Source: an uncultured cyanobacterium
GTDB lineage: Bacteria; Cyanobacteriota; Cyanobacteriia; CAKZMO01
Direction of reading: 5' to 3'
Length of the DNA: 64,000 nucleotides
Assembly (NCBI GenBank): GCA_963719515.1
Contig: CAVRCJ010000013.1
Span: 160,001 to 224,000 of the forward strand
Position 1 is the first letter of the stretch. Each line of letters opens with the position of its first letter. Position numbers and translations under genes: made by a program. Under the pieces are notes generated by a model. The model did no database searches. It was not told the origin of the DNA and worked only from the letters and a program-made list of their open reading frames with translations. Shown piece after piece: positions 30,805-41,400 of the stretch.

Positions 30805-30848
30805 AGGGACGACTGCCTGCCTGCGTGAGACTAGAGGCAGTCGTCCCT
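30805..30848. other. Perfect 14-bp stem-loop in the HNH gene leader
   Basis: AGGGACGACTGCCT (30805-30818) / AGGCAGTCGTCCCT (30835-30848). Confidence 0.7.
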
Positions 30849-30946
30849 AGCGGCGCTGCCTGGGGTGAGGCGATCGCCGTTTTCAACATTTCACGCGCCA
30901 TTTTACAGGCTTTTGTGCAAAAGTGGTGCAATATTTTCTTAGATTT

Positions 30947-33900
30947 CTAGCTTGCCCCATCCAGTAGGCGTACAATTTCGTCGAACTGGTAGTCCTCTGC
31001 CAAACCCTCCAATCGGGCAGCGATCGCTGCATTACCCGACGGAATTTTGGCAATCAGCTGCCTCACCTGCCGACCTTTGAGATGGCTAGCGGCTTGGCGA
31101 AGGGCGGCTAGCCAGTCAGCGGGTAGAGCCCTAAGAGCGGTTGAGACATCCACCGGCGCAGCGTCTCGGCAAGACATCGTTTGGGGTAGGTCTTCTGCGG
31201 TGAGGGCAGGCTGCTGCTGATACGTAAACTCGATCCCCAAATGCTGGTGGAGCATCTCCCAAATTTTTTCCTGTTGAAACGGCTTTAGCATGTAGTCGTC
31301 GAACCCAGAGGCCAGCGTGACGTCTCGCTGCCCTTTAAAGGCGCTAGCCGTTAAGGCAATAATCTTGGTAGCAGTCTGCCCAAATTCTGACTCTCGCTGC
31401 CGAATTCCTTGGGTGGCGGCATAGCCATCTAGCTCGGGCATACGCAAATCCATCCAGATAAGCTGCGGCTGCCACTCTTCCCAAAGGGCGATCGCCTCTG
31501 CCCCATTGCTAGCCTGCTGCACCGACAGCCCCACCGAGGTGAGCAAATCTCGCAGCAGCAGGCGGCTGTCTGGCTCATCGTCCACTACCAGGAGCCGGTA
31601 GTCAGGCTGGCCTGGCGCAAGACCCACCACGCCCCGGCTTTGAGCCGTGGGGAGCGCCTCGCCAGAGGTCACTGCGACGGGAATGGCGACCCGAAAGCAC
31701 GTTCCTTTGCCCACCTCACTGCGGGGCGTGAGCTCTCCCCCCATCAGCGCCACAAACTGACGAGAGATCGACAGACCTAGTCCAGTTCCCTGCTTTACCC
31801 GCCGCCCTGCTGCGGTTTGCTCGAAGGCAACAAACAGCTTATCTAGTTCATCAGGGGCAATCCCCGGCCCTGTGTCTTCTAGCTCCAGCTGAAGATTGTG
31901 GTCTAGGTCAGGGGCCGCGGGCTGCGGGTTTAGGCGCACCGTCACCCGCAGCGTGATCGATCCTCTCTCCGTAAACTTGACGGCGTTGCCAATCAGGTTG
32001 ATCAGAACCTGACGCAGCTTTTTCTCATCGGCATAGATGTATCGCGGCAGGTCGGCGCCCAGCTCCAGACAAAACTGGAGTCCTCTGTTGGTCACCTTGA
32101 GGCAGAACATGTTTTGCATGTCCTGTAGCAGCCTATAGAGATCGAAGGTCTGGCGGGTAATACCCACTCGGCCTGCTTCGATCTTAGACAGCTCCAAAAT
32201 ATTGTTAATCAGTGACAGAAGATGTTCACCGCTACGATTGACAATGTCTAACCGCAGCCGCTGTTCTGACTGCAAGGAAGTATCGGTGCTCAGAATTTGG
32301 GTAAAGCCAATAATGCTGTTGAGCGGCGTACGAAGCTCGTGGCTCATATTTGCCAAAAAATTTGATTTGGCCTGGTTCGCACTTTCCGCCTTCTCCTTGG
32401 CTAGCTTTAGCTCGGTTTGAGTCACTTCTAGCTGGTAGAGCGTTTTGCGCAACTCTTGATTGCTCTTGCCCAAAGAGGCCGTGCGCTCGTGAACTTTTTG
32501 CTCTAGAGCCTGATTGGACTGCTCTAGAGCCTGTTCAGCTTGCTTACGGGCCGTGATGTCATGCACCATGATCAGCACTTCATCCTCCCCTAGCACCATG
32601 ATGCGGACCTCTTCGTGCTGGACTGAGCGACCGAGCTCAACCCGATGCTCATAGACCTGCAGCTGACCTGTTGCTAGCGCTTTGTGGATGTAGTGCATGC
32701 GCCTTTCAGCCAGCTCTGGTGGCAGGGAGTCCTGGACCCTTTTTCCGGGCCGGGCCTGTTTTATACTTTCGCTGCGCTGCAGGTAGTTGCTGTCAATGAT
32801 GTCGACGTAATGTCCATCTCCCCGAGCGCGAATCAGCAGATCGGGAATCGTGTTGACTATAGCTCTGTTGGTCGCCTCGCTTTGCCGGAGCGCGTTAAAG
32901 GACTTCTTCAGCTGGCGGGCCATTTGGTTGAAAGAGCGAGCCAAGACATCGGTATCTTTAATAGCGCTGGAGGCCACCTGCTGATCGAGATCCCCTTGAG
33001 CCAGTTGATCTGACGCTTCAGCAACCCGCACCACTGGGGCGGCAATCCAGCGAGAGGTCAATGTTCCCAGAAGGGTGGCAACGCCCAGAGCGATTAGACA
33101 GAGGACAACGGTGTTGCGGGTGTTGGCATCAATCTGCGCGGTGAAGTCCGATCTGGGAATCACCACCGCCATCAGCCAGTCAAGGCCACGACCGTCTTTG
33201 ATCGGAGTTACCTGCACCAGGTGGCTCGCGCCGTTGATGTCAAAAATGCAGTATTCGCTGGCGTCAATCTGCTCGAAGCCGCCTAGCTGTGTGCGCAGAC
33301 TCTGAGCAGCTTCTCGAATAAGCAGGTCTGTGCTGTCCAAGGCTGCGAGCCGGGTATCCGTGGTCTCAGTTTTGACGAATGGCGGCTCTGACGATGAGCT
33401 AGCGACAATTTCACCCGTGCGCTCCATAATGAACACCTGCCCAGACTGGCTCACCTCAAGCTGCCGAAGAAAATTGCTGATTTCAGAAAGGGTCAGATCG
33501 ACCGCCAGCACGCCCAGAAAATTTGAGTCCTCGTAGACCGGAGCGACGTGGGTAATCCCAAGCTGCGGTGAGTCGGCAAAGGGGTATATGGGGGACCAGG
33601 TGGCCTTACCGACAGCAGTGGCCGCCTGGTACCAGGGACGCGATCGCGAATCGTACTCGCCCTCGCGGTCCAGGGTCCGCGAACTGCGCTGCTCGTCGCT
33701 CCTGTAAATTCTTCGGATAGGCGCACTCGACTCATCCCGCAGCCAGTAGGTGGTAGAGCCATCAGGCTCTTGCCGGACGCCGGCAAAATCGCCCTGGGGA
33801 CTGCCAAAATAGACGAAGGGGACGGCATCTGAAATTTGCGTCTGCTGGTCAAAGTAGCGCATCATCGAGTCGTCGTCGGTGACGTCTAGGTTCCCCGCCT

Positions 33901-34141
33901 CCACTGCCGCTAGGTTAATCTGCAAGAACTGGTAAGGCGTATCGGCAAAGGTCTTGATGTGGGTTTTGACGTGCTCGGTGACGCGATCGCTAATGCGACC
34001 CATAAGCTGGTTCACCGACTTTTGCCCATTACGAAATGAGAACCACCCCGTTGCGCCAACGCCGACGGCAATTTGCAGCACAAATGAAGCAACAAGTGCG
34101 GTGCGCAGGCTGATGCGGGAAGAGGGGTATTTAGGACTCAT
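30947..34141 (-). CDS. Hybrid sensor histidine kinase (dCache-HAMP-PAS-HisKA-HATPase-REC)
   Basis: YDSRSRPWY Cache motif, two TM helices, [30 protein letters not shown], receiver WMDLRMP. Confidence 0.93.
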   Translation of the reverse strand: MSPKYPSSRISLRTALVASFVLQIAVGVGATGWFSFRNGQKSVNQLMGRISDRVTEHVKTHIKTFADTPYQFLQINLAAVEAGNLDVTDDDSMMRYFDQQTQISDAVPFVYFGSPQGDFAGVRQEPDGSTTYWLRDESSAPIRRIYRSDEQRSSRTLDREGEYDSRSRPWYQAATAVGKATWSPIYPFADSPQLGITHVAPVYEDSNFLGVLAVDLTLSEISNFLRQLEVSQSGQVFIMERTGEIVASSSSEPPFVKTETTDTRLAALDSTDLLIREAAQSLRTQLGGFEQIDASEYCIFDINGASHLVQVTPIKDGRGLDWLMAVVIPRSDFTAQIDANTRNTVVLCLIALGVATLLGTLTSRWIAAPVVRVAEASDQLAQGDLDQQVASSAIKDTDVLARSFNQMARQLKKSFNALRQSEATNRAIVNTIPDLLIRARGDGHYVDIIDSNYLQRSESIKQARPGKRVQDSLPPELAERRMHYIHKALATGQLQVYEHRVELGRSVQHEEVRIMVLGEDEVLIMVHDITARKQAEQALEQSNQALEQKVHERTASLGKSNQELRKTLYQLEVTQTELKLAKEKAESANQAKSNFLANMSHELRTPLNSIIGFTQILSTDTSLQSEQRLRLDIVNRSGEHLLSLINNILELSKIEAGRVGITRQTFDLYRLLQDMQNMFCLKVTNRGLQFCLELGADLPRYIYADEKKLRQVLINLIGNAVKFTERGSITLRVTVRLNPQPAAPDLDHNLQLELEDTGPGIAPDELDKLFVAFEQTAAGRRVKQGTGLGLSISRQFVALMGGELTPRSEVGKGTCFRVAIPVAVTSGEALPTAQSRGVVGLAPGQPDYRLLVVDDEPDSRLLLRDLLTSVGLSVQQASNGAEAIALWEEWQPQLIWMDLRMPELDGYAATQGIRQRESEFGQTATKIIALTASAFKGQRDVTLASGFDDYMLKPFQQEKIWEMLHQHLGIEFTYQQQPALTAEDLPQTMSCRDAAPVDVSTALRALPADWLAALRQAASHLKGRQVRQLIAKIPSGNAAIAARLEGLAEDYQFDEIVRLLDGAS

Positions 34142-34346
34142 TTAAAGTGAAAAAACCTGTTGGAATTGAAATAGTTTAGCCAGGCTCTGGCCGCCGCGCT
34201 GATCTTCACGGGAATTATTCTCTGATTGTCACTATTCGTTACGTCCACCACAATCGCCTCTGCAATTTGCTGGTAGACTTCCTTTGAATAAATTGGTAAA
34301 CTTCCGTTTAATAAGTAAATTTCAGTTTGTTAGGTTGAGTCTAATC

Positions 34347-35723
34347 GTGAACGATGATGTTTTGGAATTTGCTGAAACGTTAATTCATGAAAAGACAAAT
34401 GCCTACTGTAGTGAGCTGCAGCGGCGCATTCTTATTTCGACCCTCCAGGGGGAGCGCAAAACCTACGATCAAGTTGCGGAAGAATGTGGATATTCTGCCA
34501 AATACGTCAAGCAAGACGTGGCCCCTAAGCTCTGGCAGCTGCTCTCCCAAGCCTTAGAGCAAAAGATTCATAAGTCAAACGTGCGGGCTGTCCTAGAGCA
34601 AAAGATGCGCCACGTCGCACCTCGGGTCGATGACGAGCCGTCTAGCTCTAGAGGAGGCGCATTTGAGGAGATCCCTGCGTCCGCCCCAACAGGCATATTT
34701 AGGGCTATCAGCTCTGGGCTACCGTCAGGCCAGACTTCAGCACCTCCTACCGCAGGTCCGGGTACCCCATCTTTTACGACGGTGCTCTCTCTCGGCGCTA
34801 AGGCTCTCTCTGCCAATATCTTGCTTGTGGACGACCAGCCCAAGAACCTGCGGCTGCTCTCGGACTTACTGGAAGAACAGGGCTACGACGTTCAGCAGGC
34901 AATTAACGGCGCGGTTGCTCTGCAGGTGGTCGCGCTTGAGCAGCCCAGCCTGATTTTGCTGGACATTCATATGCCCGAGATGGATGGCTACGCGGTTTGT
35001 CAGCACCTCAAAGCTGACCCCAATACCCAAGATATTCCCGTCATTTTTGTCAGCGCTCTAGACGAGGCTTGGGACAAAGTCAGGGCGTTTTCCGTTGGGG
35101 CGGTGGATTTTATTACCAAACCCTTTAAGGTTGTCGAAGTGCTGGCTCGGGTTGAAAACCAGCTCAAGATTCAGCAGCTGCAGCAGGAACTCAAAGCCCA
35201 AAATGCCCAGCTTCATCAGGCTATTCAAGAGCTTCAGCGGCTAGCGGCGATTGACGAGCTAACCCAGGTCGCCAACCGACGGCGATTTGACACCTACCTA
35301 GGCGAAAGCTGGCAGCGATCGCTGCGGATGCAGGCTCCCCTCACCCTGATGCTGGCCCAGCTCGACCAAGTTACCCCTGGGCAAGGCGGCGATCGCGACC
35401 TGCAGCAGGTGGCCAGCCTCCTCAAGCGGGCTGTTCAGGGCCCTCAAGACCTAGTGGGCCGCTACGGAGCATTGACCTTTGCCCTACTGCTGCCAAACCA
35501 GACCAGCGGCGAAGCGATCGCCCAGGCAATCTTAAAGCAAGTCCGGGCGCTTCCCTTTACCGAGGGTCACCCTCCCGTGACGCTGAGCCTCGGCTGCGCC
35601 ACAGTTTGGCCCTCGCCCTCGCTAGAACTTGAGGCATTCGTGGCCCAATGCGATCGGGCGCTGCAGCAGGCCCAAAGCCAGGGCGGCAACCGGTTCTCGA
35701 CAGCAGCGGTGGACCCACCATAG
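34347..35723 (+). CDS. Response regulator: N-terminal HTH-like domain, REC and degenerate GGDEF
   Basis: KTYDQVAEECGYSAKYVKQDVAPKLWQLLS; REC LLVDD...LLDIHMP...TKPF; DELTQVANRR but RYGALTF in place of GG(D/E)EF. Probable GTG start 34347. Confidence 0.85.
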   Translation: MNDDVLEFAETLIHEKTNAYCSELQRRILISTLQGERKTYDQVAEECGYSAKYVKQDVAPKLWQLLSQALEQKIHKSNVRAVLEQKMRHVAPRVDDEPSSSRGGAFEEIPASAPTGIFRAISSGLPSGQTSAPPTAGPGTPSFTTVLSLGAKALSANILLVDDQPKNLRLLSDLLEEQGYDVQQAINGAVALQVVALEQPSLILLDIHMPEMDGYAVCQHLKADPNTQDIPVIFVSALDEAWDKVRAFSVGAVDFITKPFKVVEVLARVENQLKIQQLQQELKAQNAQLHQAIQELQRLAAIDELTQVANRRRFDTYLGESWQRSLRMQAPLTLMLAQLDQVTPGQGGDRDLQQVASLLKRAVQGPQDLVGRYGALTFALLLPNQTSGEAIAQAILKQVRALPFTEGHPPVTLSLGCATVWPSPSLELEAFVAQCDRALQQAQSQGGNRFSTAAVDPP

Positions 35724-35726
35724 AGA

Positions 35727-35756
35727 ATCCCCATGCCTCTAATAAGACATGGGGAT
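35727..35756 (-). terminator. Hairpin downstream of rpmA between convergent genes
   Basis: Minus strand ATCCCCATGTCT / AGGCATGGGGAT 12-bp stem (one G-U) followed by TCTCT. Confidence 0.65.
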
Positions 35757-35788
35757 GCAAAGCTATTGCTTAGCGCAGGCTACAAGGC

Positions 35789-36043
35789 CTAAGCCGGGTA
35801 AACGCTGATCTTTTTGCGGTCTTTGCCCTTTCGCTCGAAGCGAACAACCCCATCGACCAGGGCAAACAGCGTGTCGTCGCTGCCCCGGCCCACGTTAGAT
35901 CCAGGGTGAAACTTAGTGCCGCGCTGGCGCACGAGGATGTTACCGGCCAAAACGACCTGGCCGCCGTACCGCTTGACCCCTAGCCGCTGGGCATTTGAAT
36001 CGCGACCGTTGCGCGTACTGCCCGTTCCCTTCTTATGAGCCAT
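35789..36043 (-). CDS. rpmA: 50S ribosomal protein L27
   Basis: [26 protein letters not shown]. Confidence 0.99.
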   Translation of the reverse strand: MAHKKGTGSTRNGRDSNAQRLGVKRYGGQVVLAGNILVRQRGTKFHPGSNVGRGSDDTLFALVDGVVRFERKGKDRKKISVYPA

Positions 36044-36103
36044 GTCTTTCCTCCTATTACGTTCTCTATTCTAAAGTCAATTCCTGCTGCTGGGGCGATC
36101 GCG

Positions 36104-36559
36104 CTACTCAGCAGCGTCGGCTGCCTCAGGAGCCTGTGCCTCTGCGGCTTCAACAGTTGCCGTCTCTGCTTCAAGGCCCTCAGCCTCGACCGCACTATAT
36201 GTCGTGTCTTCGGCTTCACTGTCCTCTAAAGAAATCACGCTGCCGCCAACGGAGATAGAGTCAATCATCAGGCGGGTGAGTTCCTGACGGTGGCCCCGCT
36301 TCTTGCGGGTCTTCTTTTTGGGGCGCATCTTGTAGACAATCAGCTTTGGTCCCCGCAGATGCCGCATCACGGTACCGCTGACGGCAGCGCCATCAACAAG
36401 GGGCTGCCCGACTTCGATACCTGCGTCGCTAGAAACAAACAAAACGCGGTCGAGGGTAATGGTTTCATCCTCTTCGGCGTGTAGGCGGTTGATGTCGTAA
36501 AATCGGCCGGGCTCAACCCGGAACTGTTTACCACCCGCTTCAACAATTGCATATGCCAT
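36104..36559 (-). CDS. rplU: 50S ribosomal protein L21
   Basis: YAIVEAGGKQFRV, KKRGHRQ; acidic C-terminal extension. Confidence 0.98.
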   Translation of the reverse strand: MAYAIVEAGGKQFRVEPGRFYDINRLHAEEDETITLDRVLFVSSDAGIEVGQPLVDGAAVSGTVMRHLRGPKLIVYKMRPKKKTRKKRGHRQELTRLMIDSISVGGSVISLEDSEAEDTTYSAVEAEGLEAETATVEAAEAQAPEAADAAE

Positions 36560-36834
36560 TAGACGCTTTCCTCTTGCCGTACAGGCGGTAGACCAATTCT
36601 CAAGTCGCTGCTAGCGATCGCGCTAGCCAACAGGCTCATTTAGACCTACATCTAGCCTGATCCGTGCATTAACTAAAATTTTGCATCCCCCTATCATTAC
36701 AAATCTGGCCGTAGGTGTCAAATACGATAACCGCACAAAAGGCTACCAATTCTCCATAATTCTTTAAGGGAATTTTACGGAATCTTGCCCGTTGAAGCCG
36801 TAAGATGACCTGAATCATCGCAGACGCTGCGGCT

Positions 36835-37437
36835 ATGGCAATCGATGAGGTGGCTGCCGAGGAAGAAGACCTAGAGGGTGATTTGCAGGCCATGGGCGTT
36901 GGCGAGTGGGTATCGGGCAATGCCGGCACCCTCAGCGCGATCGCCATCCCCGAGTCGCGCGGCATCGGCGGCATGATTGGCGGCTTAGTGGGCGGGCAAA
37001 TTCGCCGCGATCGCCAGCGGCGGCTAGAGCGAGCCGTGGAGCGGATTGAGCAAATCTACGCGGAGAAAGAGGCCCAGTTTATCGCGGCGGAAACTGAGCG
37101 CAGCCACACCCACGAGTTCGAGGCCGACGAGGTAGGGTATCAATACATCGTGCGGGCCGGGTTTGAGCCTCAGGGCTGCGTGACGATGCTAGAAGCCCTA
37201 AACCGAATCCCCGGTAGCCAGCTTGACAGCGTGACCCATCCCGCCACCCCAGAGCGGATTTCTGGGATACGCGCCTTGAGCGCCCAGTACCCCAGTGCTG
37301 CGCTCCAGTCCGAGGGCAACGCTAACCTCTCGGCTACCCCCGCGGCACTCACCTACGACCTATCGCGCGACGGCAGCTCTCTACGGATTAACTCTCGCTC
37401 GGGCAGCTCTGACATTGATGACCTGCTGCCGCAGTAG
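36835..37437 (+). pseudogene. C-terminal portion of an M48-family metallopeptidase
   Basis: EFEADEVG and THP...ERI motifs are present but HExxH is absent; in-frame TGA at 36811 blocks upstream extension. Confidence 0.55.
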
Positions 37438-37446
37438 TGCGTTTTG

Positions 37447-37512
37447 CTGGCCCGTGAGTTACTGGCCCGTTGAGGTGCTGGCCCGTTGAGGTGCTGGCCC
37501 GTTGAGGTGCTG
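37447..37512. repeat. 16-bp tandem repeat CTGGCCCGTTGAGGTG (3 perfect copies and 1 degenerate)
   Basis: Copies at 37462, 37478 and 37494; degenerate copy at 37447. Confidence 0.9.
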
Positions 37513-37619
37513 TCCAATGGCAAGCCGCGCGGTGAATCTCACAGAGCCTGGGCGATCCCCGGTAGAATTAGGGCATCGGGACCGCACGATCTCAACCCTT
37601 ACCCACACCTCTCAGCGCT

Positions 37620-38321
37620 GTGAGCCAAACCACCCTCAATCTGACGGCGATCGCCATCTTCTCCATCACCGTGACCAGCATTCTAGGTCCGATGGTGGGA
37701 GTCTCCCCCGGGGTGCCTGCCGCAATAGCAGCCATCCTGCTTGCCGCTGCCACCCTAGATCGGTTCGGTTGGGAGGGGCGCGGCGGCACCTTGGTCGTTG
37801 ACTGGTTTTCTCGCTTCTCTCCCGACCACCGCATGCGGGTGATCCACCACGAAGCAGGGCATTTTCTCGTTGCCCACCTGGCGGGTATTCCCGTGACGGG
37901 CTACACCCTCAACGCCTGGGAAGCTCTCAGGCAAGGGCGGCAGGGGCGCGGCGGCGTTGAGTTTGACACGCAGGACGTCGAGGCCTACCTCCAGCGAGGA
38001 GAGCTGCCGGCAGAAGTGGTAGAGCGCTATGGATCGGTGTGGATGGCGGGTGTCGCGGCAGAGCAGCTCGTCTACGGGACTGCTCAGGGGGGCAGCGACG
38101 ACCGCCAAATCATGCGCCAGCTCTGGCAGCAGCTCAAGCAGCCCGGTCAGGCCGAGACCCGCATTCGCTGGGGAACGCTGAAGGCCAAGACCCTGCTGGA
38201 AAACAACTGGCCTGCCTATGAGGCTTTGGTGAGCGCCATGAGCCAAAAAGGCAGCTTAGAGGCCTGCCTTCAGGCCATCGACCAAGCTCCCGCCCAGCCC
38301 GCGACAGAGGCCTCAGGCTAA
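37620..38321 (+). CDS. Stand-alone FtsH/M41-like zinc protease domain membrane protein
   Basis: Two TM helices, HHEAGH, MAGVAAE, GGSDD. Confidence 0.85.
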   Translation: MSQTTLNLTAIAIFSITVTSILGPMVGVSPGVPAAIAAILLAAATLDRFGWEGRGGTLVVDWFSRFSPDHRMRVIHHEAGHFLVAHLAGIPVTGYTLNAWEALRQGRQGRGGVEFDTQDVEAYLQRGELPAEVVERYGSVWMAGVAAEQLVYGTAQGGSDDRQIMRQLWQQLKQPGQAETRIRWGTLKAKTLLENNWPAYEALVSAMSQKGSLEACLQAIDQAPAQPATEASG

Positions 38322-38486
38322 AAATCGTTGGGCCCCTTTGCTGTGAGCGTCTAGCTGTAGCTGCCGCTTTAGCCGGCGACCGATAGACGAAGGGTACATT
38401 AGCTTCACTCGACTTGCCGTAGTAGGGTATCCTACTGCTTTAAGAGAGGCACGTTGGACAGTGCTGAGAACCTGGAAGGAGTCTGT

Positions 38487-41400
38487 ATGGGGCAAGCGGA
38501 GTTTGCGGCGGATGGTGCTCAAAATGCCTTCTCTAGGCCCAAAGCGATCGCCGCTGGTCCAGCGCTCGACCCGGCTCATCTACCTCAGCTTGCTGCTGCG
38601 CTCCGGCAGGCGGCGCAGACCGGGGCAAATATTCGCTACCTCGAAGCCGACGGCACCGAGACTGTGCAGTCTTACCGCATGCTGTGGGACGAGGCTGCCT
38701 GCGTTGCGGCGGGCTTAGCCTCAGCGGGGCTAGGTCCTGGAGATTTTGTGGTGCTGAACCTGCGGGCCAGCGCCGAGCTGATTGTGGCCCTTTGGGGCTG
38801 CCTGCTGCGGGGCTGCGTTCCCGTTCCGCTCTCGCCGCCGTCCTCGCACCAAAGGTCGCCCGTGACGGCGGCGCTTCAGCTTTTAGGCTCCCCTGCCGTT
38901 GTGAGTGATGCCGCTTTGGGGCCGATTTTGAGCGTCGATAGGGAAGGTCCGGCTTCAGGTTCTTCCCTTCAATTACCCCAGCAGCTCACGCTCCAAAGCT
39001 TAAGAGAGTCCGGAGGTCAGCAGCCCGCGATCGCCCCCCATAGTTCCCAAAGCGATGACCCCGCGCTCTTGCTGCTGACCTCCGGCAGCACCGGCACCCC
39101 CAAAGGCGTGGTACTCAGCCACCAAAATCTGCGGGCCAGCGCCTACGGCATGGCCACGGCAAATCAACTTTCTGCAGCTGACGTCACCTTGAACTGGATG
39201 CCCCTGTCTCATGTGGCTAGCCTGGTGATGTTTCACCTCACAGAAGTAGTTTTAGGCTGCTCTCAGATTCACGTGGCGAATGAGCGGATTCTCAAAGCGC
39301 CGCTGACCTGGCTGGACCTGATTGAGCGCTACCAGGTCACAGTCACCTGGGCTCCTAACTTTGCCTACGGACTGGTGAATGACCAGGTAGAAGCGCTTCA
39401 GTCTGCGGGCCAGCGCTGGGATTTGACTTCCCTTCGCTGGATGGGGAATGGGGCGGAGGCCGTGGTGGGCAGGACGGCGCGGCGCTTTCTGCAGCTGCTC
39501 GCGCCCTATGGGCTGAAGCCTACGGTGGTGAGTCCGGGCTACGGCATGTCGGAAACCTGCTCGGGCATCGTTCACTCCCACGACTTTTCCCTGGAGACGA
39601 CGAGCGACGACGACGCCTTCGTCCAGGTGGGCAGCCCCATCCCAGGTGTGTCGGTGCGCATTGTAGATGAGTCGAATCAGCCGGTGGCGGAAGAGGCGGT
39701 GGGCCGACTGCAGGTGCGCGGGACGACGGTAATGCTGGGTTACTATCACCCTCCAGCGTCCCAGCATCTGGACCCAAACGCGGCGGCGTTTACCGCAGAC
39801 GGCTGGTTTGACACGGGGGACTTGGGCTTCTTGTACGACGGACTTTTGACGATTACCGGACGGCAGAAAGATGTGGTGATTGTGAACGGCGTCAACCTCT
39901 ACAGCCACGAAATAGAGTCCGTCGTTGAGGAGCTAGACGGGGTAGCGGCGTCGTTTACGGCGGCCTGCGGGGTGCGATCGCCTGATGCGGTGACCGACCA
40001 GCTCGCCATCTTCTTTCACCCCGCCGATCAGGGCGAGCCCGCAGGCGTTGACACCGCCCTCGTCCGCCAGATTCGCGCCCAGGCGGCTCGCATTGGGGCT
40101 GCGCCTGCCTATGTGATTCCAGTAGCCAAAGCGGAGATTCCCAAAACCGCTATTGGCAAGATTCAGCGGCGGCTCCTCAGCGAGCAGTTTGCGGCAGGGA
40201 TGTTCGAAGCCCAAGTGGCGCAGGTGGCCCAGGCGTTTCGGGCGCAGGTGGGGGACGCTGGTCCTCAAACCGAGCTAGAGCAGCGCATTGCCCAGGTGTG
40301 GCAGTCGGTGCTCCAGATCGATGCCGTGGGCAGCCAGGACAATTTCTTTGAGCTGGGGGGCACGTCGCTGCGCCTGATGCAGGTGCTCCATCAGCTGCAG
40401 CGTCAGGGCGAGTCTGGTCTGACGGCGACGACACTGTTTGAATATCCCACGGTGGCTTTGCTGGCCGCTCATCTCAACCGCAGCGGCCCATCCCAGGCTC
40501 CTGTTCCGCTGCGCCCCCGCTCGCGCCCTGCAGCCGCGAGCGGTATCGCCGTTGTTGGCATGGCGGGCCGGTTCCCCGGAGCCGAAAACCTAAAAGACTT
40601 TTGGCAAAACCTTTGCCAAGGCGTTGAGTCTATCGCTCGGTTTACCGATGACGAGATGTGCGCCGCTGGCCTCGACCCCGCCCTTATCCAGCATTCTAAC
40701 TACGTCAACGCCAGCCCCACCCTGAGCGGAGTGGAATATTTCGACGCCCCTTTCTTTGGCTACAGCCCTAAAGAGGCCGAGCTCATGGATCCCCAGCAGC
40801 GGCTAATGCTGGAATGCGCCTGGGAAGCCCTAGAAACCGCTGGCTATGACCCGCTCACCTACCCTGGGGCTATAGCCCTCTACGCCGGGGCCTCTATGAA
40901 CACCTACCTGCTCAACCAGGTTTACCCCCAGCGCCACCGCTTAGACCCCAACGATTCGCTGGAGGTCTTTACCCTCAGCTCTCTGGGCGGGTTTCAGGCC
41001 ACTGTCGCCAACGACAAAGACTATCTCACCACCCGCGTCTCCTACAAGCTCAACCTGCGCGGCCCCAGCGTCAATGTGCAGACGGCCTGCTCCACTTCTC
41101 TCGTGGCTATTCACCTAGCGGCCCAAAGCTTACGGCAGGGGGAATGCGACATGGCCTTAGCGGGCGGGGTGTCGGTGGAAACGCCCCAGAAGGCGGGTCA
41201 CTTGTACCAAGAGGGGATGATTTTATCCCCCGATGGTCACTGCCGCGCCTTCGACGCCCAGGCGCAGGGAACGCTGTTTGGCAGCGGGGTCGGGTTGGTG
41301 GTGCTCAAGCCCTTAGAGGCGGCGATCGCCGACCGAGACACCGTCTACGCGGTAATTAAGGGGTCTGCCGTGGGCAACGACGGGGGGCAAAAGGTAGGCT

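Noticed and set aside
35724..35760. Decayed IS605 right end (GAATCCCC...GGGGA...CAA)
   Set aside because: Better explained as the rpmA terminator hairpin; no TCAA end and no left end nearby
37447..37512. Possible CRISPR or other guide array
   Set aside because: Head-to-tail 16-bp repeats with no spacers and no cas genes; the 15-bp repeats at 49866-49940 were rejected for the same reason
38422..38435. NtcA box GTA-N8-TAC upstream of the PKS
   Set aside because: GC-rich spacer and no -10 element about 22 nt downstream; equally explained as a small hairpin
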